A stretch of DNA of 64,000 nt from positions 2,720,001 to 2,784,000 of the forward strand of contig OZ245002.1 in NCBI GenBank assembly GCA_965223415.1. The letters run 5' to 3'. The notes beneath the pieces are model-generated. The model did no database searches, had not been told where the DNA came from, and worked only from the letters and a program-made list of their open reading frames with translations. The stretch is from Myxococcota bacterium (GTDB taxonomy: Bacteria; Myxococcota_A; UBA9160; UBA6930). Positions within the stretch are counted from its first letter, which is position 1; each line of letters begins with the position of its first letter. A program made the translations under genes and the position numbers. Of this stretch, positions 27,201-36,824 are shown one piece after another.

Positions 27201-29438
27201 GTGGCGGCGCGGCGCAAGAGCGGAAACAGCAGCGGGAGATCGACCAGCCTGCGAGGCGACGCACCGATCGTCGTCGTGAGCAACCGGCTGCCCTTCACCT
27301 ACACGCGCGCGGCCGGCGGGCTCAAGCGCCAGCCTTCGCCGGGCGGCCTGGTCTCGGCGCTCGAGCCGGTGCTCCGACGGCGCGGCGGAACCTGGATCGG
27401 CTGGCCCGGCGTCGAGCTCAAGAAGGGCGAGCGCGTCTCGACGCGGGGAGACGCCTACCGGGTGGCCCCGGTCGCCCTGAGCGAGAACGACGTCGCCCGC
27501 TACTACCACGGCTTCTCGAACCGGACGCTCTGGCCCCTCTTCCACTCCCTTCCGGGCCACACCCAGTACGAGCGCAAGGACTGGAACGTCTACGCCGACG
27601 TGAACGCCCGCTTCGCCGATGTGACGCGCCGTCACACGCGGGACGCCGGTACCGTCTGGATCCACGACTACCACCTCATGCTCGCGCCGGAGTTCCTGCG
27701 CGGTGCGCAGCCGGAAGCTCGACTCGCCTTCTTCCTCCACATCCCGTTCCCGCCCTTCGACATCTTCCGCCTGTGCCCGTGGGACGAGGAGCTGCTTCGC
27801 GGCCTGCTCGCCTGCGACCTGATCGGGTTCCACATCGAGCACTACGCGCGCAACTTCATGGATTGCGCCGAGCAGATCCTGGGGGCCCGGGTCGACCGGG
27901 AGGCCATGGTGATCGAGGACGGCGACCGCGTAGCGAAGGTCGGCGTCTTCCCGATCGGGATCGAGTTCGATCACTACCAGGAGCTGGCGATGAAGGCCCG
28001 GCGCGAGTCCCAGCGGGAGCGCGTGGTGCTCGGCGTCGACCGGCTCGACTACACGAAGGGCATCCCCGAGCGGATCCGCGCCTTCGAGCGGCTGCTGGAG
28101 CTCCACCCCCGCTACAAGGGCAACGTCGTGCTGCTCCAGCTCGCCGTCCCCAGCCGCTCCCAGGTGACGGAGTACCGGGAGCTGAAATCGGAGATCGACG
28201 AGCTGGTGGGGCGCGTGAACGGCCGCTTCGCCACCTCGACCTGGTCGCCGATCCGCTACCTCTACCGCTCGGTTCCGCAGGAGCGGCTCTGCGGCCTCTA
28301 CCGGGACGCCGACGTGGCGCTGGTGACGCCGCTGCGCGACGGCATGAACCTGGTGGCGAAGGAGTACGTCGCCTGCCAGGTCGACGATCCGGGCGTGCTG
28401 ATTCTCTCGCGGATGGCCGGCGCCGCCGAGACCATGCGCGAGACCCTGCAGGTGAACCCCTTCGACCTGGACGAGACGGCAGAGGCCATCCATCAGGCCC
28501 TCTCCATGGATGAAGAGGTGCGGGCGACCCGCATCGCGTCCCTGCGCAAGCGCGAGCGCCGCGACAACGTCGAGGCCTGGGTGGAGAGCTTCCTGGACGC
28601 CGCCCGGGAGGAGCCGGAGCATCTGGAGCCGATCTCCGAGCAGGAGATCCAGCGCTGGCTGCGCGGCTACGTGAAGAGCTACATGCTCTGCCTGTTCCTC
28701 GACTACGACGGAACGCTCACGCCTCTCGTCTCCCACCCCTCGAAAGCGAAGCTCACGCCGCGGATGCGCGAGGTCCTGATGGGCTGCGCGCGCCGCGACG
28801 ACACCGACGTGTCGATCGTGAGCGGGCGCGCCCTGGCCGACATCAGCAAGGTCGTGGGCGAGCCCAGCCTGATCTACGCGGGCAACCACGGCCTGGAGGT
28901 GAGGGGCCCGGAGATCGAGTTCCGCCACGAGGACCTGGTCCACTACGAAGAGCGCTGCCAGCAGCTCCTGGCCGAGCTGGAGAGCATCGCCGGCGAGGGC
29001 GCCTGGACCGAGGAGAAGGGGCCCACGCTCACCTTCCACGTACGCAAGGTCGCGGAGAGCCGGCGCGCGCACTACCTGGAGAAGGCGCGGGCGCTGATGG
29101 CCGAGCACGGCTACCAGGCCCTCGACGCCCACGCCGCGGTGGAGGCGCGGCCGCCCATCGGGTGGGACAAGGGACGAGCGGTGCTGCACATCCTCCGCGA
29201 GCGCTACGGCCCCGCCTGGTCGGAGCGGGTGCGGGTGATCTACGTCGGGGACGACCAGACCGACGAAGACGCCTTCCGGTTCCTCTCCGGTCTGGCGATG
29301 ACGTTCCGGGTGGGCAGTGCGGACACGCCCACCGGCGCCCTGCGTCGCCTGCCGGACGTGGAGGCCGTGGGGCGCCTGCTCGAGTGGGTGAGCACCCGAC
29401 CGGCGACGGACCCGACGCCCTCTCACGCCTCCCGATAG
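27201..29438 (+). CDS. Bifunctional trehalose-6-phosphate synthase/phosphatase
   Basis: VVSNRLP, WIHDYHL, DRLDYTKG, DGMNLVAKEY, then FLDYDGTL and GDDQTDEDAF. Confidence 0.93.
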   Translation: MAARRKSGNSSGRSTSLRGDAPIVVVSNRLPFTYTRAAGGLKRQPSPGGLVSALEPVLRRRGGTWIGWPGVELKKGERVSTRGDAYRVAPVALSENDVARYYHGFSNRTLWPLFHSLPGHTQYERKDWNVYADVNARFADVTRRHTRDAGTVWIHDYHLMLAPEFLRGAQPEARLAFFLHIPFPPFDIFRLCPWDEELLRGLLACDLIGFHIEHYARNFMDCAEQILGARVDREAMVIEDGDRVAKVGVFPIGIEFDHYQELAMKARRESQRERVVLGVDRLDYTKGIPERIRAFERLLELHPRYKGNVVLLQLAVPSRSQVTEYRELKSEIDELVGRVNGRFATSTWSPIRYLYRSVPQERLCGLYRDADVALVTPLRDGMNLVAKEYVACQVDDPGVLILSRMAGAAETMRETLQVNPFDLDETAEAIHQALSMDEEVRATRIASLRKRERRDNVEAWVESFLDAAREEPEHLEPISEQEIQRWLRGYVKSYMLCLFLDYDGTLTPLVSHPSKAKLTPRMREVLMGCARRDDTDVSIVSGRALADISKVVGEPSLIYAGNHGLEVRGPEIEFRHEDLVHYEERCQQLLAELESIAGEGAWTEEKGPTLTFHVRKVAESRRAHYLEKARALMAEHGYQALDAHAAVEARPPIGWDKGRAVLHILRERYGPAWSERVRVIYVGDDQTDEDAFRFLSGLAMTFRVGSADTPTGALRRLPDVEAVGRLLEWVSTRPATDPTPSHASR

Positions 29439-30643
29439 CGGGCCCGCGGACGGAGCAGCTGCCCGCTCTCGTACTGCTCGAGGGTGTGGGCCACCCAGCC
29501 CGCGCAGCGAGAAACGAAGATGATGCCGGCGGCGCTGCCCTGGGGAAGGCGAAGGGACGCGCGCAGGGCGACGAGCCCGACGTCGACGTTGGGCGGCGGT
29601 CGCCGGGCCCGCTCCATCGCCCCGACGAGCGCGTCGAGGGTGCGCAGCTCCACGCCGCGCTCGCCGACCTCCCAGGCGGCCTCGAACATCAGGCGGGCAC
29701 GGGGATCGCCCTCGGCGTAGAAGGGGTGACCAAAGCCCGGCAGCCGCTCGCCGCGGCGGGTGCGCTCCTGCACGGCGCGTTCGGCGCGCTCCGGCGTGCC
29801 GGCCTCGGCCAGGAGCGCCTCCACCCGATCGCTGGCGGCGCCGTGGCGCGGCCCCGAGATGGCGGCGAGGCCGGCCTGCACGCAGGCGTAGACGTCCGCA
29901 TGGGTGCCGGCAACGACCCTCGCCGCGAAGGTCGAGGCGTTCAGCTCGTGGTCGGCCATCAGCAGGAGCGCCTGGTTCAGGCTCGCCGCGCCGTCCGTGC
30001 GCCCGCCCAGGGCGCGCAGGATCGCCCCCGCCGTCGACGTTGCGTTCCAGGCGCGCAGGGCGCGGGAGGGAGAGCCCGGTAGGGCCAGGCCCGCCGCGAG
30101 CAGGCGGAGCAGGCGGCGGGCGCGGGGAAGCACGATGTCGGGGGAGACCCCGAACCGGCCCGGGTCGCGCACCCCTTCGCTCGCCACGAGCAGGGAGGCC
30201 ACGGCGGAGGGCGGCGCCTCGGCGGGAAGGAGCCGGGCGAGCTCGACGAAGTCCGGCGGCTCCCCGAGCGCGTCGCTCCACGAGACCTCTTGCGGCGGCA
30301 GCGTGCTGGTCCAGAGCAGCTCCGCACAGCGCTCGAAGGACACGCCCCTTTCGACCAGCTCCTGGACCGGGACGCCGCGGTAGGCGGGGCCTTCCGGCGT
30401 CATGTCGGTGATCGCGCTCTCGAGGATGGGCTCGCCCCAGCGCAGCGCCCCGGCCGCTCCGCCGCCGCGGCCCCGCTCCCGGAGGCCCTCGAGATCCGCC
30501 CGGCGGTACTCGCGCTCCCGACCGGGCCCGGCCGGACGGCTCGCGACCCAGCCCCGGCTCACGTAGGCGTAGAGGGTGGCGCGCTTCACACCGAGCAGGT
30601 CCGCCGCCTCCTCCGCCGATAGCCAGCCACGAGCTTGATTCAT
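29423..30643 (-). CDS. HTH-citrate synthase fusion (likely regulator)
   Basis: WLSAEEAADLLGVKRATLYAYVSRG HTH; DHELNAST, GPRHG, GFGHPFY, NVD. Confidence 0.88.
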   Translation of the reverse strand: MNQARGWLSAEEAADLLGVKRATLYAYVSRGWVASRPAGPGREREYRRADLEGLRERGRGGGAAGALRWGEPILESAITDMTPEGPAYRGVPVQELVERGVSFERCAELLWTSTLPPQEVSWSDALGEPPDFVELARLLPAEAPPSAVASLLVASEGVRDPGRFGVSPDIVLPRARRLLRLLAAGLALPGSPSRALRAWNATSTAGAILRALGGRTDGAASLNQALLLMADHELNASTFAARVVAGTHADVYACVQAGLAAISGPRHGAASDRVEALLAEAGTPERAERAVQERTRRGERLPGFGHPFYAEGDPRARLMFEAAWEVGERGVELRTLDALVGAMERARRPPPNVDVGLVALRASLRLPQGSAAGIIFVSRCAGWVAHTLEQYESGQLLRPRARYREA

Positions 30644-30672
30644 GATCAAGATTGATAAACGATGATCATCAA
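30634..30672. promoter_or_regulatory. TTGAT/ATCAA inverted-repeat boxes in the divergent intergenic region
   Basis: CTTGAT-N5-ATCAAG at 30634-30650; further TTGAT at 30652 and ATCAA at 30668. Confidence 0.55.
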
Positions 30673-30701
30673 GTACGCTACCCCCTCGAAGGAGAAAAGC
30701 G

Positions 30702-31805
30702 ATGACGAACGACGCGACGGGACTGGACGGTGTGGTGGTGGCGGAGACCGGAATCTCGGAGATCGACGGCGAGCAGGGCCGGCTTCGGGTGAGGGGGAGG
30801 GACGTGGAGGAGCTGGCCCGGAGCTGCTGCTTCGAGGACGTCCTGGCCCTCCTGTGGGAGGGCGAGCTGCCCGGCACCGAGGGGCGGGCCCGCTGGCGGA
30901 GCCGCCTGGGCGCCGCCCGGGGCCGGGCCTTCGAGGGCCTGTGGCGGCTGGGTGCCGCCCTCGACGCGGCGGACCCGATGGACGCCCTACGGGCGGCGGC
31001 GGCCTGCCTGGAGGCGGACCGGGCCCCGGCGGAGCTCGGCCTGGCCGGCGCCCTGCCGGTGTTCGCCGCCGCCTGGAGCCAGCGACGAAGCGGCCGGAGC
31101 CCGCTGCCGCCGGACCCGACCCGGGGGCACGCCGAGGACTTCCTGCACATGCTGGGCGGGGAAGCGCCCCACCCGGAGCGGGTCCGGGCCCTGGACCGCT
31201 ACTGGGTCACGGTCGCCGAGCACGGCATGAACGCTTCGACCTTCACGGCCCGGGTGGTCGCCTCGACCCATGCGGACCCGGTCTCGGTGGTGACGGCGGC
31301 TCTCGGCGCGTTGAAGGGGCCTCTTCACGGCGGCGCCCCCGGGCCGGTGCTCGACATGCTCGATGCGGTCGCCGCCGAGGACGGCGGTGCCGAGGCGTGG
31401 CTCCGCGCAGAGCTCGAAGCCGGCCGCCGCATCATGGGATTGGGGCATCGGGTCTACCGGGTGCGCGACCCGCGGGCCGCGGTGCTGGAAGGCGCCGTCC
31501 AGGAGCTCGAGGCCGCGGGGCTCGGCAGCCCCTACCTGGCCCGGGCAAGGGAGGTCGAGAAGGCGGCGGTCGCCATTCTCGCGGAGCGCCATCCGGACCG
31601 GCCCCTCGCCGCGAACGTCGAGTTCTACACCGCGGTGCTGCTGGACGTGTTAAGCCTGCCGCGCTCGCTCTTCACGGCGACCTTCGCGGTCGCGCGGGTC
31701 GCGGGCTGGCTGGCCCACGCGACGGAGCAGCGCCAGGGCGGGCGCATCCTGCGTCCGCGCCAGCGCTACGTACAGGCCCGCCCCACCGCCCTCGTGACGG
31801 CCTGA
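30702..31805 (+). CDS. Citrate synthase family protein
   Basis: GLDGVVVAET, EHGMNASTF, KGPLHGGA, GLGHRVYRVRDPR, ANVEFY. Confidence 0.9.
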   Translation: MTNDATGLDGVVVAETGISEIDGEQGRLRVRGRDVEELARSCCFEDVLALLWEGELPGTEGRARWRSRLGAARGRAFEGLWRLGAALDAADPMDALRAAAACLEADRAPAELGLAGALPVFAAAWSQRRSGRSPLPPDPTRGHAEDFLHMLGGEAPHPERVRALDRYWVTVAEHGMNASTFTARVVASTHADPVSVVTAALGALKGPLHGGAPGPVLDMLDAVAAEDGGAEAWLRAELEAGRRIMGLGHRVYRVRDPRAAVLEGAVQELEAAGLGSPYLARAREVEKAAVAILAERHPDRPLAANVEFYTAVLLDVLSLPRSLFTATFAVARVAGWLAHATEQRQGGRILRPRQRYVQARPTALVTA

Positions 31806-31806
31806 G

Positions 31807-32556
31807 GTGGGCGGGGAGGAGCTGCTGCTGCTCTGGATGGCGGCCTTCGCGACCGCCGTCCTCTCGGCCATCGTCGGCATGGCGGGGGGCATCACGCTGC
31901 TGGCCGCCATGCTGCTCTTCCTCCCGCCCCTGGTCGCGATCCCGGTCCACGGGGTGATCCAGCTCGCCTCGAACGGCTCACGGGCGTGGATCCAGCGTCG
32001 TCACGTCGACCGCTCCATCCTGCTCCGCTTCGGCCTGCTGCTGCTGCCGATGGGCGCACTCGGCATCCTGGTCGCGCGGGAGCTGCCGGAGGCGGTGGTC
32101 CGAGCGGCGATCGGCGTGTTCGTCCTCGTCGCCACCTGGGCGCCGGGCGCGCTCCTCCTCGGCACCCACCCGGAGGAGATCGATCGAAACCGGCGCTTCA
32201 TCGGCCTCGGTGGAGTCTCGGGCTTCCTGAACGTGACGATCGGAGCGACCGGCCCGTTGATCGCCCCGTTCTTCCTCAACCTGGGGCTCCACCGCCAGGC
32301 CCTGGTCGGGACGAAGGCCGGCTGCCAGCTGCTCGGACACGCTGCCAAGATCCTGCTCTTCGGCGCGGCGGGCTTCGCCTTCGCGGACCACCTCCCACTG
32401 TTGTTAGGCGCGACGGCCGCAGTGGTGGCCGGGACCTGGATCGGGAGTCACATTCTCGATCGGGTGAGCGAGCGGTTCTTCACCTTCCTCTACCGGACGG
32501 TGCTCACCCTGATCGCCCTGCGCCTCTTGACGATGGAGCTCCTCGCCTTGACCTGA
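31807..32556 (+). CDS. TauE/SafE family membrane exporter
   Basis: GMAGG...HGVIQLASN; about 8 TMs. Confidence 0.82.
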   Translation: MGGEELLLLWMAAFATAVLSAIVGMAGGITLLAAMLLFLPPLVAIPVHGVIQLASNGSRAWIQRRHVDRSILLRFGLLLLPMGALGILVARELPEAVVRAAIGVFVLVATWAPGALLLGTHPEEIDRNRRFIGLGGVSGFLNVTIGATGPLIAPFFLNLGLHRQALVGTKAGCQLLGHAAKILLFGAAGFAFADHLPLLLGATAAVVAGTWIGSHILDRVSERFFTFLYRTVLTLIALRLLTMELLALT

Positions 32557-32720
32557 GGGGGCGCCCGCCGGATCCCCGAGGCAGATCCCGGGAAAATGCC
32601 CGGGAACCGGAATGCGGAGCCCGCCCCACCGCCGCACTTGCGCTTTTTGCGCTCCATCGGGGCGCGCATCATCCGATACGGGAGGCGTCTGTCGTGATGC
32701 GACAGGGAGGGGTGCATTCG

Positions 32721-33344
32721 ATGATCAAGGCGGGAAGCGACGTTCACTTCCGGGATCCGAGGGTGACGAACGAACGCGTGCTGTATCACGCGGTCGTCGA
32801 CGCGGCGGACGAGGACGACCGCTGGGTGGCGACGTTCTCGGCCGGCTGCCCGGCGATCGAGGCCGAGCAGGACGTGCTGATCTACTTCGAGATCAAGCGC
32901 GAGTTCATGCAGCAGCCGGCCCGGGTCCATGATCTGGAAGAGGAGGACGGCAGCAAGCGCGTCACCTTCGAGGCCGTCGGCGACCCGGTCTCCGCCGAGA
33001 GCCGGCAGCACTACCGGGTCTCGACGATCACCTCGGACGTCTCCGCCCGCATCGGCGGCGAAGACGGATGCAAGGTCGTGGACATCAGCTCGACCGGCTT
33101 TGCCGCCGTCTCGGCCCACGCCTACGACATCGGAGCGAAGGTCGACGTGGTGATCGAGTATGGCGGCCAGCGCTGCGAGGGCGAGGCATCGGTCCAGTCC
33201 GTGCGGGAGAAGCCCGGCGGAAGGTTCCGCTACGGGCTGCTCTCGATCGCCGACGCCGACGGACCCGACTTCCAGGAGCGCCTGAACGAGATCAGCCTCG
33301 AGATCCAACGCTCCCAGCTCCGCCGCTTGTCCGGAGCCGGGTGA
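32721..33344 (+). CDS. PilZ-domain protein
   Basis: RQHYR and DISSTG motifs; start uncertain. Confidence 0.75.
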   Translation: MIKAGSDVHFRDPRVTNERVLYHAVVDAADEDDRWVATFSAGCPAIEAEQDVLIYFEIKREFMQQPARVHDLEEEDGSKRVTFEAVGDPVSAESRQHYRVSTITSDVSARIGGEDGCKVVDISSTGFAAVSAHAYDIGAKVDVVIEYGGQRCEGEASVQSVREKPGGRFRYGLLSIADADGPDFQERLNEISLEIQRSQLRRLSGAG

Positions 33345-33356
33345 GCCGGAGCGCGG

Positions 33357-34130
33357 CTACGACGTGGTCGAGACGCCGCCGTCCACCGGGATGACGGCAC
33401 CGGTGACGTAGGCTCCCGCGCGGGAGGCCAGGAAGAGGGCGGCACCGGCCATGTCCTCCGGCGTTCCGATGCGGCCGCGCGGGTTCGAAGCGCGGATGTG
33501 GTCGCCGAAGTGTTCGAGGGTCTCGGCCATCATCTTGCTCTCGAAGGGCCCGGGGGCGATGGCATTCACGGTGACGTCCTCCCCGGCCAGGCGCTTCGCC
33601 ATCACCCGCGTCAGATGGTGCACCCCGGCCTTGCAGGCGGAGTAGGCGTAGGTCTCGAGGTCCGGCGGCTTGATGCCGTCGATGGAACCGACGTTGATCA
33701 CCCGCGCCGGGTCCTCTGCGCTGGCGGTCTTGCGAAGCATCGGCAGCAGCTTCACCGTCAGGTGGAAGACGCCCTTCAGGTTGAGGGCAAAGACCTTGTC
33801 CCAGCCTGCGTCCGGGTATTCCTCGAGGGGCGCTCCCCAGTTGGCGCCGGCGTTGTTCACGAGGACGTGCACGCCAGGCTCGCGGGCGGCCACGGCCTCG
33901 ACGAAGGCCACCGCGCCGGCCTCGCTGGAGAGATCCGCCGGGATGCCGACGCAGTGGCCGAGCTTGCCCAGCTCCGCCTCCGTCTCGGCGCAGGCAAGGG
34001 CCTTGCGGGAGGCCACGACCACGCGGGCGCCGGCCTCGACGTAGCCCTGGGCGATCATCCGCCCGATGCCGCGGGTGCCGCCGGTGACCACCGCCACCCG
34101 ATCCCGAACCGAGAAGAGCTCTTCGATCAT
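33357..34130 (-). CDS. Short-chain dehydrogenase/reductase
   Basis: TGGTRGIG, NNAG, YSACK. Confidence 0.93.
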   Translation of the reverse strand: MIEELFSVRDRVAVVTGGTRGIGRMIAQGYVEAGARVVVASRKALACAETEAELGKLGHCVGIPADLSSEAGAVAFVEAVAAREPGVHVLVNNAGANWGAPLEEYPDAGWDKVFALNLKGVFHLTVKLLPMLRKTASAEDPARVINVGSIDGIKPPDLETYAYSACKAGVHHLTRVMAKRLAGEDVTVNAIAPGPFESKMMAETLEHFGDHIRASNPRGRIGTPEDMAGAALFLASRAGAYVTGAVIPVDGGVSTTS

Positions 34131-34279
34131 GGCGAGGCAGCATAGCCGGCTCCCGTTTCAGCCAGCGGCTTCGCTCGCCGATCCTCTCCCCGTGGCGGGG
34201 CTCGGACTGCGATCCGGGGCGGAACCGGCTCGCCGGCGAGGAGCCGGACGTCCGTCCGCACCCGGGGAGCCCGGGAGGA

Positions 34280-34834
34280 TCAGTTCACACCCTGGGTCGC
34301 CACCAGGGTGGCGGGCTCGATGCCGAGGCTGCGAACTGCGGCCTCCCAGAGGCCTTCCTTCGGCGTGTCGAAGACGAGGGCGTCGCTCATCGGCACCACC
34401 AGCCAGGCGCCGGCCGCGATCTCTCCCTCGAGCTGGCCCGGCGCCCAGCCGGACGAGCCGAGGAACAGCCGGGACGGGATCTCCGGGCTCTCGGCCACGT
34501 AGCGCAGGGCTTCCCGGGAGCCGCTCCAGCGCACGCCCGCGGCCACGATCTCGGCGTCGGGGACGTCCTCCAGCGATTCGCGGAAGACGATCCAGCCCTG
34601 GTCCTGCTGGACCGGGCCGCCCCAATCCACCGTCGCGTCCTCGGCGCCGCGCCACGGGATCTCGAGGCTTCCGCACAGCTCCGTCGCCGGGAAGTTGGTG
34701 CCGCGGTTCAGCACCAGCCCGAAGGCTCCCTGCTGCTCGTCGTGATGGATCATCAGCACGACACTGCGGCGGAAGTTCGGGTCCACCAGGGTGTCGAGAG
34801 CGACGAGGAAGCCCGGTGCGAGGGGAGTGGCCAC
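34280..34834 (-). CDS. YqgE/AlgH family protein
   Basis: DPNFRRSVV, GLVLNR, WGGPV, GWAPGQLEGEI. Confidence 0.92.
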   Translation of the reverse strand: MATPLAPGFLVALDTLVDPNFRRSVVLMIHHDEQQGAFGLVLNRGTNFPATELCGSLEIPWRGAEDATVDWGGPVQQDQGWIVFRESLEDVPDAEIVAAGVRWSGSREALRYVAESPEIPSRLFLGSSGWAPGQLEGEIAAGAWLVVPMSDALVFDTPKEGLWEAAVRSLGIEPATLVATQGVN

Positions 34835-34901
34835 GGGGCGAGGGTAGCCGAAGGCTCGTGCCGGGAGATCGACCGCCCGGGATCGGGGCTAGCCTGCGCC
34901 A

Positions 34902-35624
34902 ATGGACCCGAGGCTCCAGACCGCGCTGCTCAGTCAGCTCCTGTGGCTGACCGCGGCCGTCCTGGGTGCGGCGATGGCGGGCGGCTCGCTGCGGGAGCGC
35001 CTGGGGGTCGTCCCGGGGCGGCTCCCCTGGCGGGCGACCCTGCTCGCGGTGGGCGGTTTCGTCGCGCTCTCCGTCGCCGCCGACGCCGTCCTGCGCATCC
35101 TCGCGCTGCGGGAAGGCGGCAGCCTGCAGCGGCTGGACGAGCTGGCGAGCGCCCAGGCCCGCGGCGGCGCCGTGGCCGCACTGCTGATCCTGGGCGTCCT
35201 CCCGGCGATCTGCGAGGAGCTCCTGTTTCGCGGCTTCGCCCAGCGGATCCTGGTGGCGCGGCTCGGGGCGGCGGCCGGCGTCACCGCCTCGGCGGCGCTC
35301 TTCGGGCTCGCCCACGGCGATCCGGTGCACGGCGCCGCGGCCTTCGCCCTGGGGCTCTTCCTGGGCGCGGTGGCCCACCTGACGGGGGGCGTGGGGGCGG
35401 CGGTCCTCTGCCACGGCGCGAACAACCTGCTGGGGGTGGCCGGCGCCATGGCCCCCTGGCGGCCCCCCGGACCCTCCGGCCCCGGGATCGCCCTCCTGGT
35501 GGGCCTCGCGGCCCTGGCCCTGTGGAGGGTCGCCAGGTCCGCCCGGTCCGAGCCGGCCACGCCGGCGCCGGAAGCCCCGGGGGGAGAGCTACAGCGGCCG
35601 GCCGGGAATGCCGAACCTCCGTAG
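34902..35624 (+). CDS. CPBP (Abi/CAAX) family intramembrane protease
   Basis: EELLFRG, FGLAH, HGANN. Confidence 0.88.
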   Translation: MDPRLQTALLSQLLWLTAAVLGAAMAGGSLRERLGVVPGRLPWRATLLAVGGFVALSVAADAVLRILALREGGSLQRLDELASAQARGGAVAALLILGVLPAICEELLFRGFAQRILVARLGAAAGVTASAALFGLAHGDPVHGAAAFALGLFLGAVAHLTGGVGAAVLCHGANNLLGVAGAMAPWRPPGPSGPGIALLVGLAALALWRVARSARSEPATPAPEAPGGELQRPAGNAEPP

Positions 35625-35629
35625 GCACC

Positions 35630-36784
35630 ATGGCATCACCCTCGGTTCTGCTGATCGACGACGGAGAGCTGGACGACGTCCGCGTGCTGCTGGCGCAGCT
35701 GGGCGTGGAGTTCCAGCATCTCCGCGGCGGCCAGGTTCCGGAGCGGGTCGAGCCGCCGCGGGACCTGCTCGTCTGCACCTCGCGCCGCGCACTCCTCACG
35801 GAACGCTGGCCGGCGACCGGCGGCCCCGCGAAGATCGCCATCGTCACCGAGGACTCGAACACCCTGCGGAACCTGCTGCGCCGGTGCGGCTTCGACCTGC
35901 TGGTGCGGCGCCCGGTGCATCCCTACGCGCTCCGGCTGGTGGTGCTGCGCGCCCTCTATTCGGGCAACGAGCGCCGCGACGGACGGCGGGTTCCGATCGG
36001 CCACCCGGTCCACTACCGCACCGGCCTGCGCAGCAAGAAGGCGTGGATGGCCGATCTCTCGCTGCGCGGCTGCCGCCTGTTGATGGACGAATCGCCGCAG
36101 CCGGGCTCGCGGCTCTCGCTGCAGATCCCGAGCACGTTCGCCGACGGCCGCGGCCTCAGCTTGCGCGGCAAGGTGCTGCGGGTTCTCCCGGCCGGCGACC
36201 AGGGAGCTGGAGCGAGCTTCGCCGCCGCGATCCACTTCGAGAAGCTCTCGATGCCGGTCAAGCGCCGCGTCTTCCAGATCCTGAACGACCGGTCGCACGG
36301 CCCGTCGGTGCTGCGGGAGCCGCTGCCCGCGGGCGACGTCGAGGCGACCGATGTCTGTGCCGACGCCGTCCAGGCCGCGCCGATCGCCGCACCCGCTTCA
36401 CCGGAGAATCGCCGCAAGCACGACCGGGTGGTGTACGAGCAGGAGATCCGCGTCCAGGGCGACGAGGCCCAGAGCGTTCTCATGGGCCGCAACCTCTCCA
36501 TGGGCGGCATGCAGATCGACCCCCATCCGGACCTCAAGGTGGGAAACACCCTGGAGATCGCGCTCTACGGCGACGCCGAGGACGACCCTTTCCTCGTGAA
36601 GGCCAAGGTGATCCGCCGCCAGTCCTGCGCAGCCCTCGGCCTCGAGTTCGTCGACATCGCGCCGGCTGTCGCCGCCCGCCTCGACCGCCTCGTCTCCCAC
36701 CTCCCGGCCGTCGAGCCTCTCCAGGAGGGAGAGAGCGACGCCATGGGCAGCATCGTCTCCCGCATCCTCCGCCGCGAACCCTAG
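35630..36784 (+). CDS. Degenerate receiver-like domain plus two PilZ domains
   Basis: VLLIDD; RRDGRR/DLSLRG and RRKHDR/NLSMGG. Confidence 0.8.
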   Translation: MASPSVLLIDDGELDDVRVLLAQLGVEFQHLRGGQVPERVEPPRDLLVCTSRRALLTERWPATGGPAKIAIVTEDSNTLRNLLRRCGFDLLVRRPVHPYALRLVVLRALYSGNERRDGRRVPIGHPVHYRTGLRSKKAWMADLSLRGCRLLMDESPQPGSRLSLQIPSTFADGRGLSLRGKVLRVLPAGDQGAGASFAAAIHFEKLSMPVKRRVFQILNDRSHGPSVLREPLPAGDVEATDVCADAVQAAPIAAPASPENRRKHDRVVYEQEIRVQGDEAQSVLMGRNLSMGGMQIDPHPDLKVGNTLEIALYGDAEDDPFLVKAKVIRRQSCAALGLEFVDIAPAVAARLDRLVSHLPAVEPLQEGESDAMGSIVSRILRREP

Positions 36785-36824
36785 CCCCGCCTTGTGGCGT
36801 TAGGCGCCGGCTCCGTTCGTTGCG

